Shown here: piece after piece, positions 54,001-64,000 of the stretch
Layout of the letters: each line of letters begins with the position of its first letter
How positions within the stretch are numbered: the first letter of the stretch is position 1
Source: Octopus vulgaris
Lineage: Eukaryota
Assembly: GCA_951406725.2 (NCBI GenBank)
Contig: OX597817.1
Location: forward strand, 99,510,001-99,574,000
DNA: 64,000 bases
Direction: 5' to 3'
The notes under the pieces: generated by a model
Seen by the model: only the letters and a program-made list of their open reading frames with translations
Database searches by the model: none
What the model was told of the DNA's origin: nothing
Translations under genes and position numbers: made by a program

Positions 54001-54895
54001 GGTGACCATCTTGTGGTCACTGGAGCTGACCATGTGGAGCTGTGGACTCCTAGCTAGTTTCTTATCTACTTTTCTAATTAATATCCTGTCTATGTATGAC
54101 TTGATAGATCCGTCGCTATTTGACCATGTCTACAATGGAGCGTTCGGATGTTCCAGTCTATATGGATCTACCAGCTCGAAACGTCTTAGTAGATCCTGGA
54201 AGCAAGCATTTCCTTTCCTATCTGTTCGCGAGCCCTCACAGTCTACCCGCACATCGTAGACTGTGTTGAAGTCTCCTAAAACAACTGAAGGATGCGATGT
54301 ACTCAGAAACTTTCCAAGGTTCCGAAAATAATCACTTTGTTCCCCTTGACTGTGGGGTGCGTAAACCGCAACCAGCCTGATTGTCTTACGACTACTGAAC
54401 GTCAAATCAACGACGACCAGTCTGAAAAAATCAACTTTTTCTCAGAAACCCGGTTCTTTTTACACTGGACCAACACACCGCTTCCGCCGGACGAACGGCT
54501 CGGAGAGATAATTCCCTCGTAACCGCCGAGCAGCGGGAGCAGATCTCTTTGCCCCTTTAATCAGGTTTCTGTGGCAACAACATCTAAATCTCGTGACCTG
54601 ATGTCATTTAGGAGGCGCCCTTGCTTCCAGTTCGACATCAGGCCACGTACATTTATACACCCTACATAAATACGAGACATTACCTACCTTTTAATATAAA
54701 CATCGTATAAACATCGTGCAAGTCGAGACGCGGACCTCTGATGTCTTTTGGGTATTCCTCATGTATAATGTTGTAATTTAATCTGTCGATTTTACACACT
54801 TCTACATTTTTGAGCAATACTCTGTAAGTTTGAATTTTTTCTGCTGTTGGGGCTTCATTAATAAGTTTCACAAACCTATCGTTATCTTTGTTTAT
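51059..54895 (-). mobile_element. Tx1-group unit C2 (5'-truncated within ORF1)
   Basis: 3' end near identical to C1; ORF1 C-terminal remnant 54680-54871. Confidence 0.92.
51301..54033 (-). CDS. C2 ORF2: reverse transcriptase plus Zn finger (910 aa open; endonuclease part disrupted)
   Basis: All L1/Tx1 RT motifs, YADD, CPRCGRDRETVSHAVVQC. Confidence 0.9.
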   Translation of the reverse strand: MVSSSDHKMVTCRLDIDKTNRGPGYWKLNTSLLAIKEYSDRIRLMIQRALTGTIINNKWWYSLKRAIRYESIRYSIDLVAREARRESALVKDLEEAMRTGTAAQVKVKRLVLNQHLEAKHMGCIVRARQRAMGSEGINAARWARVVEAQRGNDATIRSLTNQQGKLIDEPEEMCEAFQDHFARLFGGSGGPDRRRDLTDLLDGLPRLSEQDAKCIEEPITPGEVIEAMADCGAGKAPGLDGLPYELYKSMPDLFGDLLANVYANWQQNGFIPRSGRRGVVTLIRKDSDKGDVIDNFRPITLLNAELKILAKVLSNRLARVADGLIGKAQTCAVPGRSIRDNLHLIRYTIEGINSDPGKGGAVVHLDQSKAFDRVDHHYLVSVLAQFGLGLGFLRWIIEMYDNVDSVVRVNGFISKPFRVKCSVRQGCPLSPLLYVVAHEPLLRKLSGIPRQPGRGMSVSAYADDITIIVTEVDLLRKVGKAIEVYETVTGAKVNREKSVGLQLGTWRGKSMPSDSVVGRWTEGPIKLLGVWFGPDLQIEKNWSEVSSRVAAVAKTWSWRWLSLKGRAEVANAFIASVITYRLAVVPCPDSWLTKLERQLFHFLWKSSKPLVRRSVCCQKPLKGGLGMPWLMMRRNALRLRHLWLHLDGERVWSPLAKQMFPKFTSFGGREAWYNRRSKLDTWYTECRKALRLFRRSGNACGSGSTAVFYRGFVEAGCDDTLGETLGFDDNQLASLFQRTFGPRTLDNFQKSLAWQCYRGALPVRDKLARHGGQVSPTCPRCGRDRETVSHAVVQCSEVADMWVFAEQLLSSGGRVQLSTESIVKIDPPNFLTKEGKNCFLSVVSIAKQAVWKTRMKGVIAGNFISGSSLVEYFKFHLKRQIELERRGLSKKVFDERWKNVVSKRTLMNAR

Positions 54896-55096
54896 TTTTT
54901 ATATTTACCTAGTTTCAATGGAATACATCCACTTGTTTTCAATAATAGAAATATTAAAATTAAAATGGAGCTGACCATGGCAGCGATTATTCTTATATCT
55001 ATAAGAATGCCATATTAATATAGCGATAACAATTAATTTCCAGTAAACGCTGCTATAATCTCTTTTATAGAGACTTAGTAATTTTAATATTTCTAT

Positions 55097-55174
<78 letters not shown>

Positions 55175-55187
55175 ATTTTAATATTTC

Positions 55188-55255
<68 letters not shown>

Positions 55256-55262
55256 GTATATA

Positions 55263-55293
<31 letters not shown>

Positions 55294-55506
55294 GTACATT
55301 CCTTTATGTACACTGTTTTGTTTTGCTTTTATATTTAACCCTACAGTCTCTTATGTAGTGGTTTAATAAAGTATTATCTGGTAATTGATATTTGATTTAG
55401 ATGTATTTCTCCATTTTCTTTTCTTGTATATATATATGTATATATATATACATATATGTATATATATGTATATATATATATGTATATAGATATGTATATA
55501 TATATA

Positions 55507-55546
<40 letters not shown>

Positions 55547-55616
55547 TATATATATGTGTGTATATATATATGTATATATATATTTATATATATATGTATA
55601 TATATATGTGTATATA

Positions 55617-55674
<58 letters not shown>

Positions 55675-56056
55675 TACATACATACATACACACTCACACG
55701 CACACACATACTTACATACATACATATATTTATATATATACAAAGTAAAATAGGGGTTTGGTAAAGTACCCAGATTCTCAATATATAAATTCAATTAACT
55801 CATTTATTGTATTAAACGGGTGAAGGTAAAGAAATATTTTTACTGTAAATTTATAATACAAATAAGACAATAGAGAAACAAATTTAGTTTCTTCATCAAC
55901 TTTCGGATATTATAAAGTTGGATTATTTATTCTTTTAACAAAATGAGAACCTCAATAGCATACATATTGATTGATTGATTGATTGATTCTAGTTTCAGCT
56001 TATGAGCCGTGGCCATGCTGGGGCACCGCCATTTGGTGTTGCTACTTGGTTTCACT

Positions 56057-59000
56057 TCATGGAGGCTTTCTAGCAACTGCTATTTGGTGCATGAGAGAGT
56101 TCGATGCAGCTGCCCTCATCTGCCCCTCCTGCCGTGAAGTTGGTTCATCTGGGACACCTGACAGGAAGAGATCCAGCTTCATTTTAAAGACATCTGTATC
56201 CACCCCATGCAGGTCTCTCAGGTTCTTCGGGAGGATATTGAAGAGCTGTGGGCCTCGGAAGCCCAGGCTATCACAGAATCTTGTCCTACATCTTGATGGC
56301 AGGTTTGGAGTCCTAGGCACCACGCAGTGGCGCCCAGTTCTGGCATTTGCGTAACTCTCGATGCCAAAGTTCAGGACACTTCCCTCCAGGATCTTCCAGA
56401 TGTATATTATGGCATATCTTTCCCGCCTACGCTCCAGAGAATATAATTTTAATCTCTTGAGTCTTTCCCAGTAGCTTACATTCTGCATAGAGGCTATCTT
56501 CTTTGTGTAGCTTCGTTGGATCGCCTCAAGTTCTGTGATCAACTTGACACTGGATGGTGACCATAGCTGAGAGCAATAGTCAAAGTGGCTTAGGACAAGT
56601 GTCTTCCAGAGGACCATCATGGTTTTTTGTTCTCTTGTTCTAAAGGTTCTAAGAATCCATCCAGCCAGCCGTCTACATTTCATTGTCAGTTTAGCAACAT
56701 GTACATGAAAGGTCGCGTCATCACTCATGTGAATACCCAGGTCACGCACTGATTGTGCCTCTGGGATTGCAATCCCTCCGGGTCCAGTGTATTCATTGGG
56801 TATTGCATTCAGTTTTGCATGCTGATAGTATAAAGCTTGAAACTTTCCAGCATTGAACTGCATGCTATTCTTTTCAGCCCACTTGTATATTTCGTCCAGC
56901 TCACATTGCAGGTGTTTAGTGTCCTCAGGGTTCTGTATTGCCTGTGAAACTTTTGTATCATCTGCATAACTTGTGATCGTGGCTCTCTGCGTGGCTGAGG
57001 GCATGTCTGAGAGGGCCATTATGAACAGTAGTGGTCCCAGAACAGTGCCCTGCGGAACACCGCTCACTATTTGTGTGTTAATGGAGGTGGCCCCATTGGC
57101 TACTACCACCTGACTTCTATCCTTCAGAAAGTCATGAAGCCATTCTCCCAGTTTTCCAACTATGTTGAGATCACGCAGTTTGTGACATATCATTCCATGA
57201 TCGACTTTATCAAAGGCCTTTGCAAAGTCGAGATATATCACTTCCACATTTGAGTGGTTGAGCAGCCGTTTCAGCACCCAGTCATAGTGTTGTAGGAGCT
57301 GAGTTAAACAGCTTCTCCCTGGTCGGAAACCATGTTGGGTGTCGGGCAGCAAGTCATTCTCTTCAAGGAAGGTGATCAGCTTCCTTCTGACTATTCGTTC
57401 CATGACCTTGCTGATGTGTGAGGTCAGAGAGATAGATAGGTCTATAGTTCTTGGCTTCCGCTCTGCTACCTCCTTTATGAATGGGGCATATTTTACCTTC
57501 CTTCAGTTTTCCTGGAAGTTTGCCAGCTGCAAGGAAGCTCTGAAAGAGGAACTGCAGTGGTCTTGCTAGGACTCTCTTACATGCTTTTAGGAGGATTGCC
57601 GGGAATCCATCGGGGCCAGTAGCTGAGTCTGTTTTCATTTCATCTATAGCCTTGGTTACATCGTCTTCCTTTATATCGATGTAATCTATCGTCGCCGCCT
57701 CTGATTTTATATCTGCAGTGGTAAAAAAGTCAGTTGGATTGGTGATTTGGAGATTCCCAAGGGGTGGAGTGAAAACACTCTTGAATTGCTCATTCAGTAT
57801 TTCACTTACCCTCATTGGTTTTCCTGTAAGTGTGCCATCCTTTTCGAGGAGTGGCCCTATTCTACAGTGCACTGTAGCTGTTTCTTTGGCATACCTGTAG
57901 AAAGCTCTGGGGTTAGATTTTATGTTTTCTATAGCCCAGGCTTCTTTGTCTGCTCTTTCTTTTTCATGGGAGAGTTGCAGACATTTTTCGATTTCCAACA
58001 GTTTTATTTTTAGGCGGGACTTTTCACTGCTTTCAATCTGTTTGTTTAGGCGATTTGAAAATTTTGTACGCCGTCTCATTAAAATTTTCCTCTCTCTGGG
58101 GATTTTGTTCTTGTGTACAGTGGCCTTTCTCTCTGGGACACATTTGTAGCATATAGCTTGCATTACAGACATGAATTGTTGAAGTTTCACGTCGATGTCT
58201 GGCGAGGAGAGACATTTAGGCCAGTTTTGTTTGAGGATCTCTTTCTCAATTTGTTTCCAGTTTGCCTTATGGTAGTTCAAGCTGGAAAGATTTTGAGGGT
58301 TTCTTGTAGGCTGCATGTCCGTGCTCTCTTTTGGCCCGTACATGGTCAGCTCTATCATGTTGTGATCCGAGAGTAGTGTCGGTGTCACTTTCACATTATG
58401 GATGAGATCCATGTCATTTGTGAAGCAGAGATCCAGTGTGTTACCTGCCCTGGTTGGTTGGAGTATTACCTGCTCCATGTACAGGGTGTTGATGAGGTTC
58501 AGGAGGGACCTCGCCTGTCCTCGTTCACATCTTGTCATTCCTGGGAGAGAAAGGCCCTCGGGCCATCTGACATTGGGCAGATTGAAGTCTCCCATAAGAA
58601 GTACACCTATGTGTTGTTCTAATGTGGTTAGAATTTCTTCTATTTTTATAAGGCAGTCTTCAAACTTGCCCACATGGCTTGGGGCATCTGGAGGGCGATA
58701 TGTAGCACACACAACTACATCAAGTTGCCTAATATGTACAATTAGTGTGTCACACACTGAGTTTGAGTATGACAAGAGGACCTGGGGTGTGAGGTCCTCA
58801 CGGATGTACATAGCAACACCTCCATGACTCCTTTCTTTCCTGTCGGTCCGTAGTACAGCATACTGTGGTATGTGTAACTCCGCATCTGCTATGTCCGGTT
58901 TCAGGTGCGTTTCTGTAAGTGCTATGCATAAGGCTTGATTGCATGCAACAAAGTCTCTCAGGAACGGGATCTTTGTCCTGTTACTGAGTGTTTGCAGTCC

Positions 59001-59165
59001 TCTGATGTTCAGTAGGAGTATCGAGGTGAGGTGTACGTTGTTGCCGGCGGTGTCCATCCTGTGTCTGTTTGCTGTGGTGGTCTGGTATATAGTGGGTAAT
59101 CCCACCTGCGGGCTTGGGTTTGATGAAGCCAGGTCAGCTGCTGTACAATCTTTTGTGCCATGCAC
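56057..59165 (-). pseudogene. ORF2 APE endonuclease plus RT (single frameshift near 57430)
   Basis: LNIRGL, ALTETHL, MGDFNLP, LSDHN, QHGFRPGRSC, YADD; gatagatag slip at ~57430. Confidence 0.92.
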
Positions 59166-59903
59166 AAAAAAGATTGTTGCTCAGCAGCTGCTCTTTCGAC
59201 AACATCATGTTGGCTGTTTGTGGCGCGCACAACATCTGCGTACCTCCGCTTTGGGGCAGGTGGTGCGTGGTCCATCCCTTTTCTTTGTGTTGATGGTTTG
59301 TCCATCTGCCTCGTGTCTCTGTGGCAGGGTCCCCGATGTGCAAAGCGGCAGCCTGCACCTTCCTTTCCATGCCAGCAGAACCTCTCAGGTAGAACATACA
59401 CACCCGTGTGCGCTGTTTGGTTCCATCCTTTGCGGTTCCACTTCTATTTCTGGTTGTTTCACTCTTTGGTCCTGCTTGAGCTTTTTCTTTTCCTTTAGCT
59501 CTTCCAGTCCTTCTTTTAGTTCTTTTTCCTCCCTCTACCTCTTCACCGGGTTCTCCGTCTCCATGGCCCTTGCTGCCGGTTGGAGAACTTGCACCTGGGT
59601 TCACTTCCCGGGCAGGTTTCTCATTCAAAACCTCCTCCCGGGCGTCCTTCTTTCATCATCTCCATTCTTGCCATCTTTGCTCCGCTCGTTCTCAAAGAAG
59701 GCATCAAGTGCGCCAATGTGCGACCGTACAAGCGCATATGAGCGCACGAATTCCTGTCTCTTTCGCTCCATCTGAGCCGCTGTCCTCTTGTAGCCTCTGC
59801 TCTTCAGCGCAGCCGCAATCACCTCCCTAGGGCTATCTCCGCCGGCGCACTCCCATGCTCGTACGAATAAATCCAGCTCGTCACGTCTCCATGCTCTGGA
59901 CAT
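59009..59903 (-). pseudogene. ORF1: Myb/SANT-like N-terminus plus CCCH Zn finger (frameshifted)
   Basis: WRRDELDLFVRAW..IAAALKSRGYKRTAAQ; CMFYLRG + CWHGKEGAGCRFAH across a frameshift. Confidence 0.65.
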
Positions 59904-59959
59904 GCTGGATAATCCGTCTATCCGTTTATCTATCTAATTATGTTCGAGAGAAGACAGGA

Positions 59960-61010
59960 AGATATTAAGGCTAATTAGAAGATAGAGTACTTGAAAAAGA
60001 AATATTAACAATATTAAAGTTTGTGTAAAAACGTTATTTGGGTAAAAACGTTATTTAATCTTAAGGCTAATTAGGGGATAGAGTATCTGAAAATGTATTA
60101 GCAATATTAATATTATATTAGAGTGTGGATAAAAACGTTGTTTAATCTTAAGGCTAATTAGGAGATAGAGTATCTGAAAATATATTAGCAATATTAATAT
60201 TATATTAGAGTGTGGGTAAAAAAAAAAAAAAAAAAAAAAAAACGTTATTTAATCTTAAGGCTAATTTGGAGATAGAGTATCTGAAAATATATTAGCAATA
60301 TTAATATTATATTAGAATGTGGGTAATATTAAACGTTATTTAATTTAATCTTAAGGCTAATTAGAAGATAGAGTATCTGAAAATATATTAGCAATATTAA
60401 TATTATATTAGAGTGTGGATAAAAACGTTATTTAATCTTAAGGCTAATCAGGAGATAGAGTATCTGAAAATATATTAGCAATGTTAATATTATATTAGAG
60501 TGTGGGTAATATTAAACGTTATTTAATTTAATCTTAAGGCTAATTAGAAGATAGAGTATCTGAAGAATTATTAACAATATTAAAACAATATTAAACGTTA
60601 TTTAATTTAATCTTAAGGCTAATTAACAGTAATTATTAACAATATTAAACAATATTAAACGTTATTTAATTTAATCCTAAGGCTAATTAACAATAATTAT
60701 TAACAATATTAAACGTTATTTAATTTAATCCTAAGGCTAATTAGACGTTTTTAATATTAAACGTTATTTAATTTAATCTTAAGGCTAATTAGAAGATAGA
60801 GTATCTGAAAAATTATTAACAATATTAAAACAATATTAAACGTTATTTAATTTAATCTTAAGCCTAATTAACAATAATTATTAACAATATTAAACAATAT
60901 TAAACGTTATTTAATTTGATCCTAAGGCTAATTTGACGGTATCAATATTAAACGTTATTTAATTTAATCTTAAGGCTAATTAGAAGATAGAGTATCTGGA
61001 AAATTATTAT
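59960..61010. repeat. AT-rich minisatellite (~60-70 bp units) upstream of the LINE ORF1
   Basis: Repeated aaacgttatttaatcttaaggctaattagaagatagagtatctgaaaa. Confidence 0.9.
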
Positions 61011-61550
61011 ATCGAGAACAGATATTGAAAATGTAAACAAACAAAATGACGATCGCAACTTTAACTAAGATGTGGGCCTAAGTGAAAGATAAAATAGAAT
61101 AATAAATAAAATATGTAATAGATGAAATTGATACTTAATCCAACAATGTGGTCCGGATTATTTTTTTTTGGTTTACGGGATTTTTTTCAGGAGAGATGCT
61201 TCTTTTTTCTTTCTTGCAGGAGATAACTTGATTCAACTTGATTCAGTTATTTTTGCACCATGTGCGTTTCGGCGAAAATGAAAATTACTGTGTATATGTA
61301 TATATTTATATATATATTTTTTTTAATATTTTTAACCAAAGTGTTGTAGTGATCTCTATGACTTAGAGTTTTACGTTTTGCAACTACAGTGGGTTATTTC
61401 GCCGTTCTATGCAAACTTTTTCACAGAGCAAAGGCAATCACGTCTTTCTCTGCTGAAAACGGAACCGGATATATATCTTATAATTCAATACATATCAGAT
61501 AAGTATACAAATTATAAAAGTCATAATATAAATTATTGAAATCATTAAAA

Positions 61551-61690
61551 TCACTTCTTACAGCTGTTTCATCCTATGGCTAAAAGTAGTTAATTTTATT
61601 TTTATTGCCTATAGGTGTCAAGATACTGAGGTTGTAGGCATTTAAGGAATATGGTACTTATATATATAACCATAGGCTTCATCAGAGGTT
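61551..61690 (-). ncRNA. Type I hammerhead motif in an orphan PLE pLTR
   Basis: Sense: CTGATGA agcctatgg..ccataggat GAAA CAGCTG TA ag; stem I short. Confidence 0.7.
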
Positions 61691-61799
61691 ATAAGGAACT
61701 TTAAAAATATTAATATTAATACATTAAACATGATACACGTATTATTTAATATATATAAAAAATATGAACAAATATCTATATAGACATATACATATGTAC

Positions 61800-62432
61800 A
61801 GTCAGCGGAAGTAACTTGCACGGACACCGGAAATACATCTGCCATCATCAGAGAAAACAAAGCAAATACCCCCAGCGACTTGCCTGACCTTTCATTGGAC
61901 AAAAGCTACCTACCTACCTACCTGGCTAAACATCACTGCTGATATTTTTGTATAAATAGACATCATAAATCGCTGTAAAGGCAGTTGGCTTTTTGGCACT
62001 CGACTGATGTAAATCGTGTCCCTCTCGCCTGCCACACTCGCCACTCACGCCGCCTCGAACCTTTGTACTGCTATTTCACGCCTGAAATAAATCGCTGGAT
62101 AAACTTACACCTCTTGTCTGCTCCAGTTTTGCTGATTACGACCACAGTCCTTTTCAGGGCTAATTCAAGTCTGATCTGAATGCGATAACAGTCCTTTTTA
62201 GGACTACTCTCAGATCCGATCTAATTGCGATAACAGTCCTTTTTAGGACTATTCTTGGATCGATCTAATTGCGATAACAGTCCTTTTTAGGATTACTCTC
62301 AGATCCGATCTAATTGCGATAACAGTCCTTTTTAGGACTATTCTTGGATCGGATCTAATTGCGATAACCGTCCTTTCAAGGGCTACCCTCAGATCAGACC
62401 AGAAGTAGTGGCCAAGAACCATACCCGCTACA
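61800..62432 (+). mobile_element. 5' LTR of a Ty3/Gypsy retrotransposon
   Basis: Ends ..GCTACA, has TATAAATA and AATAAA, internal ~45-bp tandem repeats 62140-62400, followed by a PBS. Confidence 0.75.
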
Positions 62433-62434
62433 AT

Positions 62435-62447
62435 TGGTGACCCCGAC
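62435..62447 (+). promoter_or_regulatory. Primer-binding site (tRNA-Trp)
   Basis: TGGTGACCCCGAC is complementary to the 3' end of eukaryotic tRNA-Trp. Confidence 0.75.
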
Positions 62448-62540
62448 AACGAATCAAGCGAACAGCATATCAAGAATCAGCATGGACACGCTAAAACCAA
62501 CAACAGAGGCCGATATACAACCACGCAAGCAGCTTTAACC

Positions 62541-63280
62541 ATGAAGGTCCCGGTTTTTTGGTCCAACGACCCAGCCCTGTGGTTCGTCCACATAGAAGCA
62601 CAATTCGCCGCGAATAGAATCAAGCACGCGAATAGAATCAAGCACCGCCAGGCACGGTGTCGTACGAAGCTTTCCGCAAGGAATTAATAATGCGAACTAC
62701 CGCATCACAGCAGAGACGACACAACCAACTCGTATCTGCAGAAGAGTTGGGGGACAGAAAACCGTCCCAACTGCTGCGTAAAATGAGACAGCTGATGGAG
62801 GGCCAACCGCTGTTAGAAGAGGTCCTGAAACGGCTTTTTCTACAGCGCCTGCCCTTACCAATGCAGGGCATTCTGGCGTCGACGAACGACACAGCAACCC
62901 CGGAGGAATTTGCGCGTGTCGCAGATAGAATCGCTGAGGTGTCAAACCCCTTTTCTTCTGTGGCACAAATCAACCATCGGACGAACCCTTTCGAAGCGTC
63001 CTCAGACTCTACCTCCGAGATTGCAGAGCTGCGAGCTATGATCAGAGAGCAGGCTGGTCAAATTAAAGCCCTCACAAACAAGCTAGAAAACTGGACCTTG
63101 GAAACACACCGGCGGCGCAGCAACAGTTCATCAAGATCCACTCACCGTCGAAGATCCAGAAGTCCCAGTCAAAATCGTGTGTCTGGCAACATCTGCTGGT
63201 ATCACGCAGAATTCGGCGCACGGGCATCTAGGTGCAAGGCCCCGTGCTCTTTTCTGAATACCACCCAGGGAAACGGGTAG
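62541..63280 (+). pseudogene. gag: Gypsy gag (internally deleted)
   Basis: PGFWSNDPALWF, LGDRKPSQLLRKM, CWYHAEFGARASRC; GGGAAAC slippery site just before the stop. Confidence 0.85.
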
Positions 63281-64000
63281 ACCAGGGCCTTGCGACGACG
63301 TTCACCCCTGGTACTGAGAAAAAAAATCGTCTGTTTTTTATTAACGACCAAGCGACGGGCATCCGCTATCTCGTGGATACAGGAGCCCAGGTTAGTGTTA
63401 TTCCTGTTTCACTAGTCTCGGGCAAACGACATCCAACACCGTCCTTTCTGCAGGCAGTGAACCGATCATCAATTCCGACTTTCGGTGAGAAATCACTGAC
63501 CCTGAATCTAGGCCTGAGGCGTCGTTTCCAGTTCATTTTCATCGTGGCAGACCTACCGATTCCTATCTTAGGAGCCGATTTTCTCCACCACTTCAACCTT
63601 CTGGTGGACATGAAGAACCGGAGGCTTATTGACACCACCACAAACCTCACTGTGAGAGGTATATTTACCACGCAACCGACAGTGAGCCCTGTAATCTGTC
63701 AGTCAGAGCCTTCGTGTTACAACAGCATACTCCAGAAATATCCAGACATCACTCGCCCGGTATGTAAAGATGGACCCATTAAACATCGTATCACACATCA
63801 CATCGAGACACGGGACCACCCACAGCCGCCCGACCAAGGAGACTGCTTCCAGACCGATTGCGAATCGCCAAACAGGAATTTCAGCACATGCTGGACCTTG
63901 GAATCATTCGCCCTTCCTCCAGCAACTGGTCTGCACCTCTACACCTTGTTCCCCAAAAATCAGAGAACGACTGGCGACCATGTGGGGATTATCGTGCACT
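63270..64000 (+). pseudogene. pol: Gypsy pol start (aspartic protease and RT N-terminus; runs off the window)
   Basis: YLVDTGAQVSVIP, ILGADFLHHF, IRPSSSNWSAPLHLVP, WRPCGDYR. Confidence 0.88.

Larger units (their letters stand above)
55967..61300 (-). mobile_element. Near-full-length CR1-group LINE
   Basis: (AATC)n sense tail 55967-55988; APE+RT ORF2; ORF1; tandem-repeat 5' region; 5' boundary uncertain. Confidence 0.85.

Noticed and set aside
25657-54895. Telomeric retrotransposon array or segmental tandem duplication
   Set aside because: Flanked on both sides by interstitial sequence, no telomeric repeats, units encode an endonuclease, and they show TSDs and mixed families
29042-59775. Long plus-strand ORFs (29042-29620, 50040-50765, 58939-59775)
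   Set aside because: Antisense shadows of TE ORFs with no independent motifs
62140-62400. CRISPR-like repeats (also 59960-61010 and 22070-22410)
   Set aside because: Contiguous tandem units without unique spacers, inside eukaryotic TEs, no cas genes

Overview
Animal (metazoan) genomic DNA with no recognisable host gene; almost all of it is transposable elements and (TA)n/(TATG)n microsatellites. The repeat style suggests a cephalopod such as Octopus (inference from recall, not tested). Zone 1 (1-21.7 kb) is a cluster of Penelope-like elements (PLEs) with inverted pseudo-LTRs. These carry type I hammerhead ribozyme motifs, three families with compensated 3:8 core pairs (G3-C8, U3-A8). This zone also has a CR1-group LINE fragment and tRNA-derived SINEs. 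Zone 2 (21.9-25.5 kb) holds Helitron and RTE remnants. Zone 3 (25.6-54.9 kb) is an uninterrupted head-to-tail array of 8 Tx1/L1-group non-LTR units. Five are ORF1+ORF2 units and three are ORF1-only. Each is joined at a shared CCAGT(C/T)T-type motif that is both the duplicated target and the element's own 5' end. One ORF1-only copy, and more weakly one autonomous ORF1, shows strand-specific A-to-G hypermutation resembling ADAR editing fixed by retrotransposition. Zone 4 (56-64 kb) has a near-full-length CR1-group LINE with a Myb/SANT+CCCH ORF1 and the 5' end of a Ty3/Gypsy element. Nearly all long elements lie on the minus strand. All alignments and folds were done by eye, so boundaries are approximate.
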